From: Planctomycetota bacterium | GTDB lineage: Bacteria; Planctomycetota; UBA8108; SXIK01 | Assembly: GCA_965223265.1 (NCBI GenBank) | Contig: OZ244999.1 | Location: 7,808,001-7,872,000 of the forward strand | Direction of reading: 5' to 3' | Length of the DNA: 64,000 nt | Shown here: positions 1 through 8,332 of the stretch, in pieces | Layout of the letters: every line of letters begins with the position of its first letter | How positions within the stretch are numbered: the stretch's first letter is position 1 | The notes under the pieces: model-generated | Told to the model about the DNA's origin: nothing | Databases searched by the model: none | What the model saw: the letters and a program-made list of their open reading frames with translations, nothing else | Translations under genes and position numbers: made by a program

Positions 1-1
1 C

Positions 2-373
2 GAAACTTACGCGGCCAAACTGAAAGAGGGCGGCATTGAGAATCAAGCCCAGTTGCTCGAACAATGCTCAAGCCCCGACGGTCGCAAGAAGCTGGCGGCC
101 GGCTGCGGCATCAGCGACAAGCTGATCCTCAAGTGGGCCAACCGCGCCGACCTTGCTCGCATCAAGGGCGTCGGCGAGGAGTACGCCGACCTCCTCGAGT
201 GCGCGGGCGTCGACACGGTGCCGGAGCTCGCACAGAGAAAACCTGCCAACCTGCACGCGAAGATGAAAGAGGTCAACGACGAGAAGAAACTCGTGCGGAG
301 CATGCCCTCAGAGTCGCAGGTCGAGCAGTGGGTCGGGCAGGCAAAAGAGCTGCCGCGCATGCTCAATTACTGA
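2..373 (+). CDS. DUF4332-family helix-hairpin-helix protein (5' truncated by window edge)
   Basis: Frame is open from the window start; contains W..RADLARIKGVGEEYADLLE.AGVDTVPELAQRKP.NL, typical of DUF4332. Confidence 0.85.
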   Translation, partial: ETYAAKLKEGGIENQAQLLEQCSSPDGRKKLAAGCGISDKLILKWANRADLARIKGVGEEYADLLECAGVDTVPELAQRKPANLHAKMKEVNDEKKLVRSMPSESQVEQWVGQAKELPRMLNY

Positions 374-481
374 CGTCTGACGAGCGAACAGCGAGACAGG
401 AACTGGTGGCGGGCCGGTTCCTCGAGCGTCTTGTCTTTCGTCGGTGTCGACGAGGTAGCCCGTGCACGAGCTGCCACTCTC

Positions 482-1714
482 TCACTGAAAGCACAGCAGC
501 GTGTCGGGGGTCGGGTCGTTTCCTGCCTCCGGGCCAGGCGCCGGAATCTGCTCACCGCCGGCGAAGAGATGGTTGAGCGCGAAAATCGCGTCTGAGACGT
601 CGAGCTCGCCATCGTCGTTAGCGTCGGCCGCATCTTCGCACGCGAGCTCGTTTCCGACGAACAGATGGATCAGCGTAAAGATCGGGTCGGAGACGTCGAT
701 CGCACCGTCGCGGTTCGCATCGCCACGGCGAAAGAGTGCGAAGCCGGGTGTCGTGCCGGGAACGAAAGCGTCGTTGCGATCCGTTGCCGTCACCCCTTCG
801 ATGGTGGAACCGCCGGGAATGAAGATCGCATCGCTGCCGTCAGCGTCAGTTGCTGCAGCGCCAATGCCGTGCCGCGCCACGGGCATGACGCCGCGATCAA
901 ACCAGCGGTCGACGCTGAAGAGATACGATTCCACCTGTGGAAAGAGGCCGTCGGGCGCGGCGGCGTTGCCCTCACCGCCGAAGACGAACATCTCATCGCC
1001 AATCACTGCGGCGGCTATGCCGGCCCGCGGCGTCGGCAGCGGACTGAGCTCGTCCCAATCACCGCTTGCTGGGTCATAGACCTCGAGCGTGCCGAAGAGC
1101 AGACCGAAGTTGCGACCGCCGACGGCAAAGAACTTGCCGTTGTGCGCGCCCGCGGCGAGGTGATTGCGCGCCGTGGGCATCGGCTGCAGTTCACTCCACT
1201 CGTTGGCGACGGGATCGTACGAGGCGAAGTCGCTGAAGCTCGTCGATCCGGTCTGTCCGCCGGCAACGTAGATGCGTCCCGCGAGCACCGCCACACCGGC
1301 GCCGCCGCGGGGCGTCGGCAGACTGCTGACTTCGCTCCACTCGTTCATCGTGGGGTCAAAAGCAAACACCGAAGAGACGCCGCGAAAACCACGGTCCAGG
1401 CCACCGATGCTGTAGACCTTCCCAGCGACCGCAGCAGCGCCTATGTGGTGCAGCTCGGTGTCGTTCAAAAGCGACGGCACGTCCTCCCACTCACCGCTCG
1501 CGACATCGTAGCGATCGACTCGCCCCGTCGCGGAGAAGTCGTTCAGGAGCCCTCCGATCACGTACACCTTACCGTCAAGGGCGGCGATGCCGACCTCTTG
1601 GCGCGGACCTGGAAGGGGCGCCAAACCCTCGAGCCAGGTGTCTTCGGCACCACACAGTGCGCTCTCTGCGAACAAGCACAACGAAACAAGAAAGAATCGA
1701 ACCGCTTCGCGCAT
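482..1714 (-). CDS. Secreted Kelch-repeat beta-propeller protein with C-terminal dockerin-like domain
   Basis: Signal peptide; six Kelch repeats (YVIGG, YSIGG, YVAGG, FAVGG, FVFGG, FIPGG); C-terminal FRRGDANRDGAIDVSD...DANDDGELDVSDAIFAL; GGGAGG RBS. Confidence 0.88.
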   Translation of the reverse strand: MREAVRFFLVSLCLFAESALCGAEDTWLEGLAPLPGPRQEVGIAALDGKVYVIGGLLNDFSATGRVDRYDVASGEWEDVPSLLNDTELHHIGAAAVAGKVYSIGGLDRGFRGVSSVFAFDPTMNEWSEVSSLPTPRGGAGVAVLAGRIYVAGGQTGSTSFSDFASYDPVANEWSELQPMPTARNHLAAGAHNGKFFAVGGRNFGLLFGTLEVYDPASGDWDELSPLPTPRAGIAAAVIGDEMFVFGGEGNAAAPDGLFPQVESYLFSVDRWFDRGVMPVARHGIGAAATDADGSDAIFIPGGSTIEGVTATDRNDAFVPGTTPGFALFRRGDANRDGAIDVSDPIFTLIHLFVGNELACEDAADANDDGELDVSDAIFALNHLFAGGEQIPAPGPEAGNDPTPDTLLCFQ

Positions 1715-1755
1715 GGGGACCTCCCGTTAGGGACGTGACCGAAATTTCGCGCTGG

Positions 1756-1838
1756 GGAGACGCCGGTGACGCACTTCCATTGTACAGGCCATGGTGCGGA
1801 TGATTGTACCGGGGGTCCGAATCCCGCCGTCTCCGCCA
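1756..1838 (+). pseudogene. Degenerate tRNA-Ser-like sequence / probable att-site remnant
   Basis: Acceptor stem GGAGACG(1756-1762)/CGTCTCC(1828-1834) plus GCCA; T arm GGGGG-TCCGAAT-CCCGC; long variable-arm-like hairpin; no canonical D or anticodon arm. Confidence 0.6.
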
Positions 1839-1879
1839 TTTTTCATCGCGGGGGTTTGTACAGTTGCGCGAGCCTTTCC

Positions 1880-2225
1880 GGACCGCCCTGAGGCCGACTT
1901 CCGCGTACCGATCCTCGACGAGGCGTTCCAGTACCTCCTCGAGCTCAAGGCGGACGTCGGGAGCGAGGGGAAGATCTTCGCGAAGATTCCGCCGCGGCGC
2001 TGGACGTGGCTCACGTGTCATGCCGGAGTGGCGGGGCTGAAGTTCCACGATCTCAGGCGCTACTTCCTTCAGCGCTGCTGCAGGCAGGGCGTGCCCTTCG
2101 ACGTCGCCATGCGGCTCGGCGACTGGAGGGACGCCAAGATCGTCCTCGAACACTACCGGGCGATCGGCCAGGACGAGCTCAAGAAGGGCTTCGAGGTGGC
2201 TGTTCGAGTGACGTGGGGGAATTGA
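1880..2225 (+). pseudogene. Tyrosine recombinase/integrase C-terminal fragment
   Basis: LKFHDLRR (HxxR box), LGDW and LEHY (catalytic Tyr region); N-terminal two-thirds absent; lies just after the tRNA 3' end; 5' boundary approximate. Confidence 0.75.
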
Positions 2226-2568
2226 CAGAGATGCATCCCGCGTGTTTCGCTGGAGGTGAAACGGCTCCACCATTCTGGCGAAGCACATGGCACGGATCTA
2301 CGATGTCCAAGAGCGAAGCGCCCTTCCTCGGAAGCGTCTCTTTGTGTCAGCGGCGGCGAAACCGGGTCTTCGCCCTGCGAGCGGCATTCGACCCGCCCCC
2401 CATTGGTAGCGACCCCGGCCACCTACGCCACCTAACCCTAGCGCCTCTCGACCGCCGGCTCTGCCAGCGATTCCGCAACGCGGGTAGCGAGCGCGATCCA
2501 TCTGGCGATGCCTCGCGAGGTTAGCGGCGCCGACGGATGATGGAGCAAATTCGCATTCGACAGACCAC

Positions 2569-2596
2569 TTGTTTTTGGCTACGTTTCTGGTATAGT
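2569..2596 (+). promoter_or_regulatory. Putative IS internal promoter giving a leaderless transcript
   Basis: TTGTTT-16nt-TATAGT with TG upstream of the -10; ATG at 2603 begins 7 nt after the -10 and has no RBS. Confidence 0.5.
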
Positions 2597-2602
2597 AGTA
2601 AT

Positions 2603-2947
2603 ATGTCAGGAAAACAGCGGCCTTCCAGGAGCAGGATGAGCAGGGCGGAGCGTGACCTGCGCTCCCGGCTTACCAAACTCCTGCATTCCGATGCGATCAT
2701 CCGCGGAAGCCTCACCGTTCGTGAGCGTACCTGCGGGAAGTCAAGCTGCCGCTGCGTCACCAAGGGAGAGAAACACACGGGACTCTATCTCGTGGTCAGT
2801 GAGGAGGGAAAGTACCGGCAGATCTTCGTCCCCAAGGCGTTCGAGGACGACGTGCGTCGGTGGGTTGAGAGCTACGCCAACGCCCGAACCCTGCTCGAGG
2901 AGATTTCGAAGCTTCAGCACCAGAAGCTCCGAAAAAGGGAGAAGTGA
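2603..2947 (+). CDS. DUF6788-like small basic protein (IS accessory ORF)
   Basis: RGSL....RTCGKSSCRC..KGEKH..YL motif, typical of small ORFs preceding this transposase class. Confidence 0.8.
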   Translation: MSGKQRPSRSRMSRAERDLRSRLTKLLHSDAIIRGSLTVRERTCGKSSCRCVTKGEKHTGLYLVVSEEGKYRQIFVPKAFEDDVRRWVESYANARTLLEEISKLQHQKLRKREK

Positions 2948-2951
2948 AGCA

Positions 2952-4181
2952 ATCCTTCGTCGGCTTCTGGCCTACGCCAGGAAGATCATAGGGCTTCCTG
3001 CTGTCCTCGATACAGTCACTGACAGCCGCCAGTGCCCTCGGATTTCCACTGGCGTCGTGGTCAGAAGTGCGTTCGTGATGTTCCTGACGCGTCTCGGCAG
3101 TCTCAACGCCTTGGAGCAGACGCGGGAGAGCAAGTTCTGGTCCCGGTGGATTGCGGGCGATCTCCCAAGCGCAGATTCGATGGGACGGATCTGCGCCGTC
3201 GTCAATCACGACGACCTACGAGCTGCTATTCATCACCTTTATAGCCGACTCAAGCGGAACAAGGCGCTCGTCGCTCCGTGGCACGGTTTGACCACTCTTG
3301 TGCTGGATGGACATGAATCGCACTCAACGTACCGACGGCGTTGCACCGGCTGCCTGGAGCGAGAAATCACCGTCAAGAACAGGAGCGGCGAGACGGAGAC
3401 GCGCAAGCAGTTCTACCACAGGCACGTCACAGCTCAGCTCCTGACCGACAGTTTTCCTCTGTTGCTCGATGCCGAGCCGATTCGCCCGGGCGAGGATGAG
3501 GTGGCCGCAGCCATGCGACTGCTTGAGAGAGTTCTCAGAAGCTACCCGAGAGCATTCGACGCCGTTGTCGCTGACGCGCTCTACGCCGACCCTAGGTTCT
3601 TCAAGTTCGTTCGAGAACGCGGCAAGCACGTGCTCGCAGTGCTGAAGAACGAGAAGCGTGATCTGATCCGAGACGTTCGCTCCCTCTGCGAGGTCAGGGC
3701 TCCGGTCGAGATCTTCTCCGGCAAGAGGAAGTGCCAGTGCTGGGACGTCGATGAACTCGAATCCTGGCCACAGGCCGGCATGCCGGTACGGGTGGTGCGA
3801 AGCGTGGAGCGGTGGTCACTGCGCCGCCAGCTCGACGGCCAACCCGAGGAGCAGATCTCGGAATGGTTCTGGGTGACCACCTTGCCTGAGAGCTTGGCAA
3901 GCACGGTGGCCGTTCGCGAAATCGGTCACTCGCGTTGGGCAATCGAGAACAAGGGCTTCAACGAACTGGTGACGCGCTGGCATGCAGACCACGTCTACAA
4001 GCACGACGACGATGCGATGCTTACGTTCTGGCTCGTTTGCCTCATCGCGTGCAATACGTTCCAGGCATTCTTCCTGCGCAACCTGAAGCCGCAAGCGCGT
4101 GCCAACTGCAGCATGCTCCACTTGGCCCGCCTGCTCTCCTGCTGCCTCTACGCCGGGATCCCCAGCCGCAGCCCTGGCTGA
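2952..4181 (+). CDS. DDE transposase (ISAs1/IS4-like); start codon uncertain
   Basis: LVLDGHE, VVADALY and HSRWAIENKGFNEL (D-D-E triad, RWxIEN); lies inside the IRs. Confidence 0.88.
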   Translation: MLRRLLAYARKIIGLPAVLDTVTDSRQCPRISTGVVVRSAFVMFLTRLGSLNALEQTRESKFWSRWIAGDLPSADSMGRICAVVNHDDLRAAIHHLYSRLKRNKALVAPWHGLTTLVLDGHESHSTYRRRCTGCLEREITVKNRSGETETRKQFYHRHVTAQLLTDSFPLLLDAEPIRPGEDEVAAAMRLLERVLRSYPRAFDAVVADALYADPRFFKFVRERGKHVLAVLKNEKRDLIRDVRSLCEVRAPVEIFSGKRKCQCWDVDELESWPQAGMPVRVVRSVERWSLRRQLDGQPEEQISEWFWVTTLPESLASTVAVREIGHSRWAIENKGFNELVTRWHADHVYKHDDDAMLTFWLVCLIACNTFQAFFLRNLKPQARANCSMLHLARLLSCCLYAGIPSRSPG

Positions 4182-4433
4182 CCGCTTCGGTCACGACTCG
4201 CTCACCGGGGCACTTACCTCCTACCTCAAGCCTCACCTGTCAGAGGCCCGGGGAATCCCTCCCCCAACTCCCTCTGACGCCTCTCCCACGCCACAGAGCT
4301 CGCCTCCCGCGACCCTTCTCACCGCGCCATTTGCTCCATGCGAACCTGCGACACGCCAAAAACCGTCCCTCCATCTATAACCGAAGGCTCCACGCAGCAG
4401 GATTGCGGAACCGCTGCGGCTCTGCGGCGGAGG

Positions 4434-4463
4434 TTGACTGTTCGCACTCCCGGCGGTTACGAT
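4434..4463 (+). promoter_or_regulatory. Sigma70-like promoter of the TA operon
   Basis: TTGACT(4434-4439)-18nt-TACGAT(4458-4463), 47 nt upstream of the antitoxin ATG. Confidence 0.55.
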
Positions 4464-4510
4464 GGAACTCAGCAGTAGTTTCCTGCCTTTTTTGAAGAGG
4501 GATTCCAGCC

Positions 4511-4747
4511 ATGGCAGAGACCATTTCTCCAGACCTCGAGGAGTTCGTCCGACGAGAGATCGAGAGCGGTCGATTCCCGAACCGCGAAGCTGTCCTCGCA
4601 CACGCTCTGCGCCTGCTTCAGCGCGACCGCGAAGAAGCTGTCGCCGGGATGAAAGCCGGTCTGGAGGATGTGGCTGCAGGACGCGTGCAGCCGCTTGACG
4701 AAGCGTTCGCTGAGCTGCGCCGCGAAACGGATATCCCGGACGAATGA
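4511..4747 (+). CDS. ParD-like ribbon-helix-helix antitoxin
   Basis: 78 aa; LEEFVRREIESGRFPNREAVLAHALRLL; acidic C-terminus; ATGA overlap with the toxin. Confidence 0.85.
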   Translation: MAETISPDLEEFVRREIESGRFPNREAVLAHALRLLQRDREEAVAGMKAGLEDVAAGRVQPLDEAFAELRRETDIPDE

Positions 4748-5067
4748 GCCACCGCGTCGTCATTACGGCGAACGCGAAGGCGAACCTCCGGAGCTATTAC
4801 TTGCGTGCGGCCGAAAATGCGCCGGTGACAGCCGCGCGCTGGCTCGATCGCTTTGAAAAGACTCTTCAAACGCTCTCAGACAACCCACGCCGCTGTCCTC
4901 TTGCCCCGGAGGACGACTTGGTAGACGCAGAAGTCCGGCAACTCCTTTTCGGTAGAGGAAGGAGCGTCTACCGCGCACTGTTCACCATCTCCGGCGACGA
5001 TGTCCAGGTCCTCCACGTTCGTCGGGCCGCGCGTGATACAGCCAGTCCCGAAGAGTTCCTGGGCTAA
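4744..5067 (+). CDS. RelE/ParE-family toxin
   Basis: 107 aa; RVVITANAKANL...L..NPRRCPLAPE...YRALFTI....VQVLHVR. Confidence 0.88.
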   Translation: MSHRVVITANAKANLRSYYLRAAENAPVTAARWLDRFEKTLQTLSDNPRRCPLAPEDDLVDAEVRQLLFGRGRSVYRALFTISGDDVQVLHVRRAARDTASPEEFLG

Positions 5068-5302
5068 AAGGGGGCCTGCCTTGTCGAATCAACGTTCCGT
5101 TCCGTTGAACTCACGCGCGGAATCGACAAGACCGAGAGGCCCGCAAAGAACCGCACGTACGCTACGCGCAACTGATCCGCGGCTTCGGATCCCTGGAGGA
5201 CGACGGGAACCCTAACGCCGAGGGACCTTGAACCGCTGTCGCCGCTGGGCGACACTGAAGGGGAACGTTTCCGGCGGTTCAAGTCACTCACACAAGAATC
5301 CC

Positions 5303-6967
5303 ATGCAACCGACGTCGCAGGTCCGATTTCCCCTTGGCTGGTTCCTCTTCTGCTTCGCGGCAACCGGCGCGGCCAGCGCGGGCGAGAGCCTGCACGAGCG
5401 CGTCGACCGCCTCCTCGAAGCGTCAGACGAGCTCCAAGCCCGAGATGCGGAGCCGGCGCGCGACGCGGCGTTCCTGCGCCGAGTCTACCTCGATCTGACC
5501 GGGGTCATCCCGCCGGCGGACACCGTCCGAGACTTCCTTCGCGAGCGCTCTGCCGGGAAACGCCGGGAAGTCGTCGACCGCCTCCTCGGGAGCCGCGCGT
5601 ACGCCAGGCACATGGCCCGCGTCTTCGACGTCCTCCTCATGCGACGCCGGCGCGATCGGCACGTTCCCGCGGCGGAGTGGCGGTCTTACCTCACAGCTGC
5701 GGTCACCGCGGACAAACCTTGGACCGACGTCGTCACTGAGATTCTCGATGCGGACGGAACGGAGGGGCGGAACCGAGCCGCGGCGAAGTTCTACCTCGAC
5801 CGCCAAGCGAAGACCGATGAGATCGTCCGGGACATCAGCTCGATCTTTCTGGGACGGGATCTCCGCTGCGCTCAGTGTCACGACCACCCCACAGTCGACG
5901 AGTACGAGCAGGTCCACTACCAAGGCCTGGCCGCCTTTCTCCAGCGCACGTACCTCGTCAAGCTCGAAGGCAGCGACCAAGCGGTCCTCGGCGAAAAGGC
6001 GGAAGGCGAGACGGAGTTCGCCTCCGCGCTGACTGGAGAAGGCGGCGTCACGGGACCGCGCGTCTTCGACGTCCGCCTGCCTGTGGATCCTGTCTTTCCA
6101 GCGGGGGAGACCTATCGGGTCGCGCCCGCCGAAGGGATCCAGGCGGTGCCGAAGTTCAGCCGCCGGCGAGAGCTGGCACTCGCCCTCGCCGATCATCCTC
6201 TTTTCGCTCGGAATCTTGCCAACCGGCTCTGGGCGATGGTCATGGGACGTGGCCTGGTCGAACCGGTGGACCTCCACAACGCTGAAAACCCTGCTTCCCA
6301 CCGCCAGCTTCTCGACCTCTTGGCACAAGAGCTCAAGGCTTCGCGCTACGACATCCGAAACTTCCTTCGCGAGTTACTCCTCACGCGGATGTACGCAAAG
6401 CCTAGGCCGGCGCTCGCGCCTGCCGCATCCCTCGAGCAGGCGCCCATCGCGACGCCGCGCCCTCTGTCGCCGGAACAGCTAGCCTGGAGCCTGCTGCAGG
6501 CAACCGGCTGGATCGACGCCGAAAGGAGAGCGCTGGAAGAAACCAAGGAACAGACCGACTCGGAGGGTCGTTTGCACTCCTCTGCCGAGTCGCGCGAGAA
6601 GACGCTTCACGCGCGCATCGAGCGCGAGGCACAACCGGTCGTCAAGACCTTCGTGACGAGCCTTCCGGGTGAGGCCGACGGCGCCGACGCGACCCCGGAG
6701 CAAGCGCTTTTCCTCCTCAACGGCGCGCCGCTGAAGGGCTGGCTTGCACCACGGGCCGGGAACCTTATCGCGCGTCTCCTCGGTCTCGACAACGCCGGCC
6801 ACGTCGCGGAGGAGCTCTACCTCAGCGTCCTCAGCCGCTTGCCGCGCGAAGAGGAGCGTCAGAGGGTTGCGCGCTATCTCATCGCCTTCGAGGGAGAGAA
6901 GACCGAGGCGCTCAGCGATCTCGTCTGGGCGCTCGTGACGTCAGTCGAATTCCGTTTTCAGCGTTAA
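5303..6967 (+). CDS. DUF1549/DUF1553 (PSD1-type) planctomycete protein
   Basis: FLRRVYLDLTGVIP, CAQCHDHP, FARNLANRLW...GRGLVEPVD, DLVWALVTSVEF. Confidence 0.92.
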   Translation: MQPTSQVRFPLGWFLFCFAATGAASAGESLHERVDRLLEASDELQARDAEPARDAAFLRRVYLDLTGVIPPADTVRDFLRERSAGKRREVVDRLLGSRAYARHMARVFDVLLMRRRRDRHVPAAEWRSYLTAAVTADKPWTDVVTEILDADGTEGRNRAAAKFYLDRQAKTDEIVRDISSIFLGRDLRCAQCHDHPTVDEYEQVHYQGLAAFLQRTYLVKLEGSDQAVLGEKAEGETEFASALTGEGGVTGPRVFDVRLPVDPVFPAGETYRVAPAEGIQAVPKFSRRRELALALADHPLFARNLANRLWAMVMGRGLVEPVDLHNAENPASHRQLLDLLAQELKASRYDIRNFLRELLLTRMYAKPRPALAPAASLEQAPIATPRPLSPEQLAWSLLQATGWIDAERRALEETKEQTDSEGRLHSSAESREKTLHARIEREAQPVVKTFVTSLPGEADGADATPEQALFLLNGAPLKGWLAPRAGNLIARLLGLDNAGHVAEELYLSVLSRLPREEERQRVARYLIAFEGEKTEALSDLVWALVTSVEFRFQR

Positions 6968-6982
6968 GCTAGTTGTTGCGAC

Positions 6983-8332
6983 GTGCAGAATCTAGATCCG
7001 AACGAACTTCAAAGCTCCACCAAAGTCGCCACGCCGGGTGCGGATGCCTCGGACGGAGCGCCTTGCTGTAACCTCGCCGAGCATCGGGTCTCTCGCCGAC
7101 TCTTCCTTGGAGGCTTCGCCGCGGGAATGTTTGGGACAGGGGTCCTCTTTCAACCCCTGATGGCGAGAGAGCTCAAGGCGCGAGCGAAACGAATCCTTCT
7201 CGTCTTTCAGCACGGTGGGCTGAGCCAACTCGAGAGCTGGGATCCGAAGCCGGGCACTGACACCGGTGGGCCGTTTCGGACAATCCCGACCTCGGTGCCG
7301 GGCGTCCACATCTCGGAGTTGATGCCGCTCACGGCTCGTCAGGTGCACCGCCTCGTCCTCTTGCGCGGACTCAACACGGGCGACGCAAACCACGACTCGG
7401 CGCGAGTCACCATGCTCACCGGGTGGAAGCAGGGACTGGTCGGCGGGGAGTATCCGTCGATGGGGGCCATTTGCACGAAGCTGCTGGCGAAGGGTCGCCC
7501 GCGGCCCTCCTACATTGTTCTCACCAACCGTGACCAGTGGCATTTAGCCTCTCGCATCGACGCCTCGTATCTCGGTCCCCGCTACGCACCGGTGGTCGCG
7601 TTTGATGAGAAGCCGCCCGACAACCTCGCGGATCCGGACGCGGGAAGCGCGGCGCGGCGGAAGCGGCGCACGGAGCTTCGCCGCCTTCTGGGTGAGCGCT
7701 CTCGTGGCCAGTTCCGCCTTCCCGAAGAAGAGGCGTACGACCAGACCTTCAAAACGGCGGCGGAGCTCATCGAAAAACAGAAGCTGTTTGATCTCAGTGA
7801 AGTGTCGCCACGGGACCACGATCGCTACGGAAGACACGAGTTCGGCCAGCGCTGCCTGATCGCCCGCAAGCTCCTGGAAGAAGAGTGCACTTTCGTCAAG
7901 CTCAACCACGGCAACTACGACACCCACTTCGAAAACTTCAATCATCACCTGCACCGACTCGACGAGTTCGATCGGCCGTTTGCGGCGCTGCTTCAAGACA
8001 TCGCCGATCGCGGTCTTCTCGAGAGCACGCTCGTCATCGTGACCGGTGAGTTCGGCCGGACGCCAAAGATCAACTCCAGCATCGGTAGGGATCACTGGGC
8101 GGACTCTTGGTCGCTTGCCATGGCCGGATGCGGCCTCCAGGCCGGAGCCGTCTATGGGAAGACCAGCGCCAACGGCACCGAGGTGACCGATGGCGAAGTA
8201 AAGTTCGGCGACCTCTTCCACACCTTCTACACGGCGCTCGGCTTGGATCCGAAGAAGCACCTGCGCGATGGAGACCGTCCGGTTCCCGTCACCGATCCCG
8301 ACGGGAGTCCCATCCAGGAAGTCCTCGCGTGA
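6983..8332 (+). CDS. DUF1501 family protein
   Basis: Tat-like SRRLFL; GGLSQLESWDPKP; YDTH; GEFGRTPKIN...GRDHW. Confidence 0.93.
   Translation: MQNLDPNELQSSTKVATPGADASDGAPCCNLAEHRVSRRLFLGGFAAGMFGTGVLFQPLMARELKARAKRILLVFQHGGLSQLESWDPKPGTDTGGPFRTIPTSVPGVHISELMPLTARQVHRLVLLRGLNTGDANHDSARVTMLTGWKQGLVGGEYPSMGAICTKLLAKGRPRPSYIVLTNRDQWHLASRIDASYLGPRYAPVVAFDEKPPDNLADPDAGSAARRKRRTELRRLLGERSRGQFRLPEEEAYDQTFKTAAELIEKQKLFDLSEVSPRDHDRYGRHEFGQRCLIARKLLEEECTFVKLNHGNYDTHFENFNHHLHRLDEFDRPFAALLQDIADRGLLESTLVIVTGEFGRTPKINSSIGRDHWADSWSLAMAGCGLQAGAVYGKTSANGTEVTDGEVKFGDLFHTFYTALGLDPKKHLRDGDRPVPVTDPDGSPIQEVLA

Larger units (their letters stand above)
2465..4416 (+). mobile_element. Insertion sequence (1952 bp; DDE, ISAs1/IS4-like) carrying a DUF6788-like accessory ORF
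   Basis: Terminal IRs CAGCGATTCCGCAA (2465-2478) and TTGCGGAACCGCTG (4403-4416), 13/14 match; flanking 9-bp direct repeat CGGCTCTGC at 2456-2464 and 4417-4425. Confidence 0.92.

Noticed and set aside
1756-1838. Functional tRNA or tmRNA gene
   Set aside because: No canonical D arm or anticodon loop, mutated T loop (TCCGAAT), and the end is GCCA rather than the tmRNA ACCA
2652-2951. N-terminal 100 aa of the 509-aa transposase ORF in the track
   Set aside because: It overlaps the DUF6788-like ORF in another frame and is low-complexity Ser/Arg-rich, so it is unlikely to be translated from 2652
2425-4470. Integron attC site around the IS target (ACCTAAC near 2430) with a TA cassette
   Set aside because: No matching GTTRRRY with a complementary arm in the reconstructed empty site, no further attC sites, and no IntI-specific features visible in the short integrase fragment
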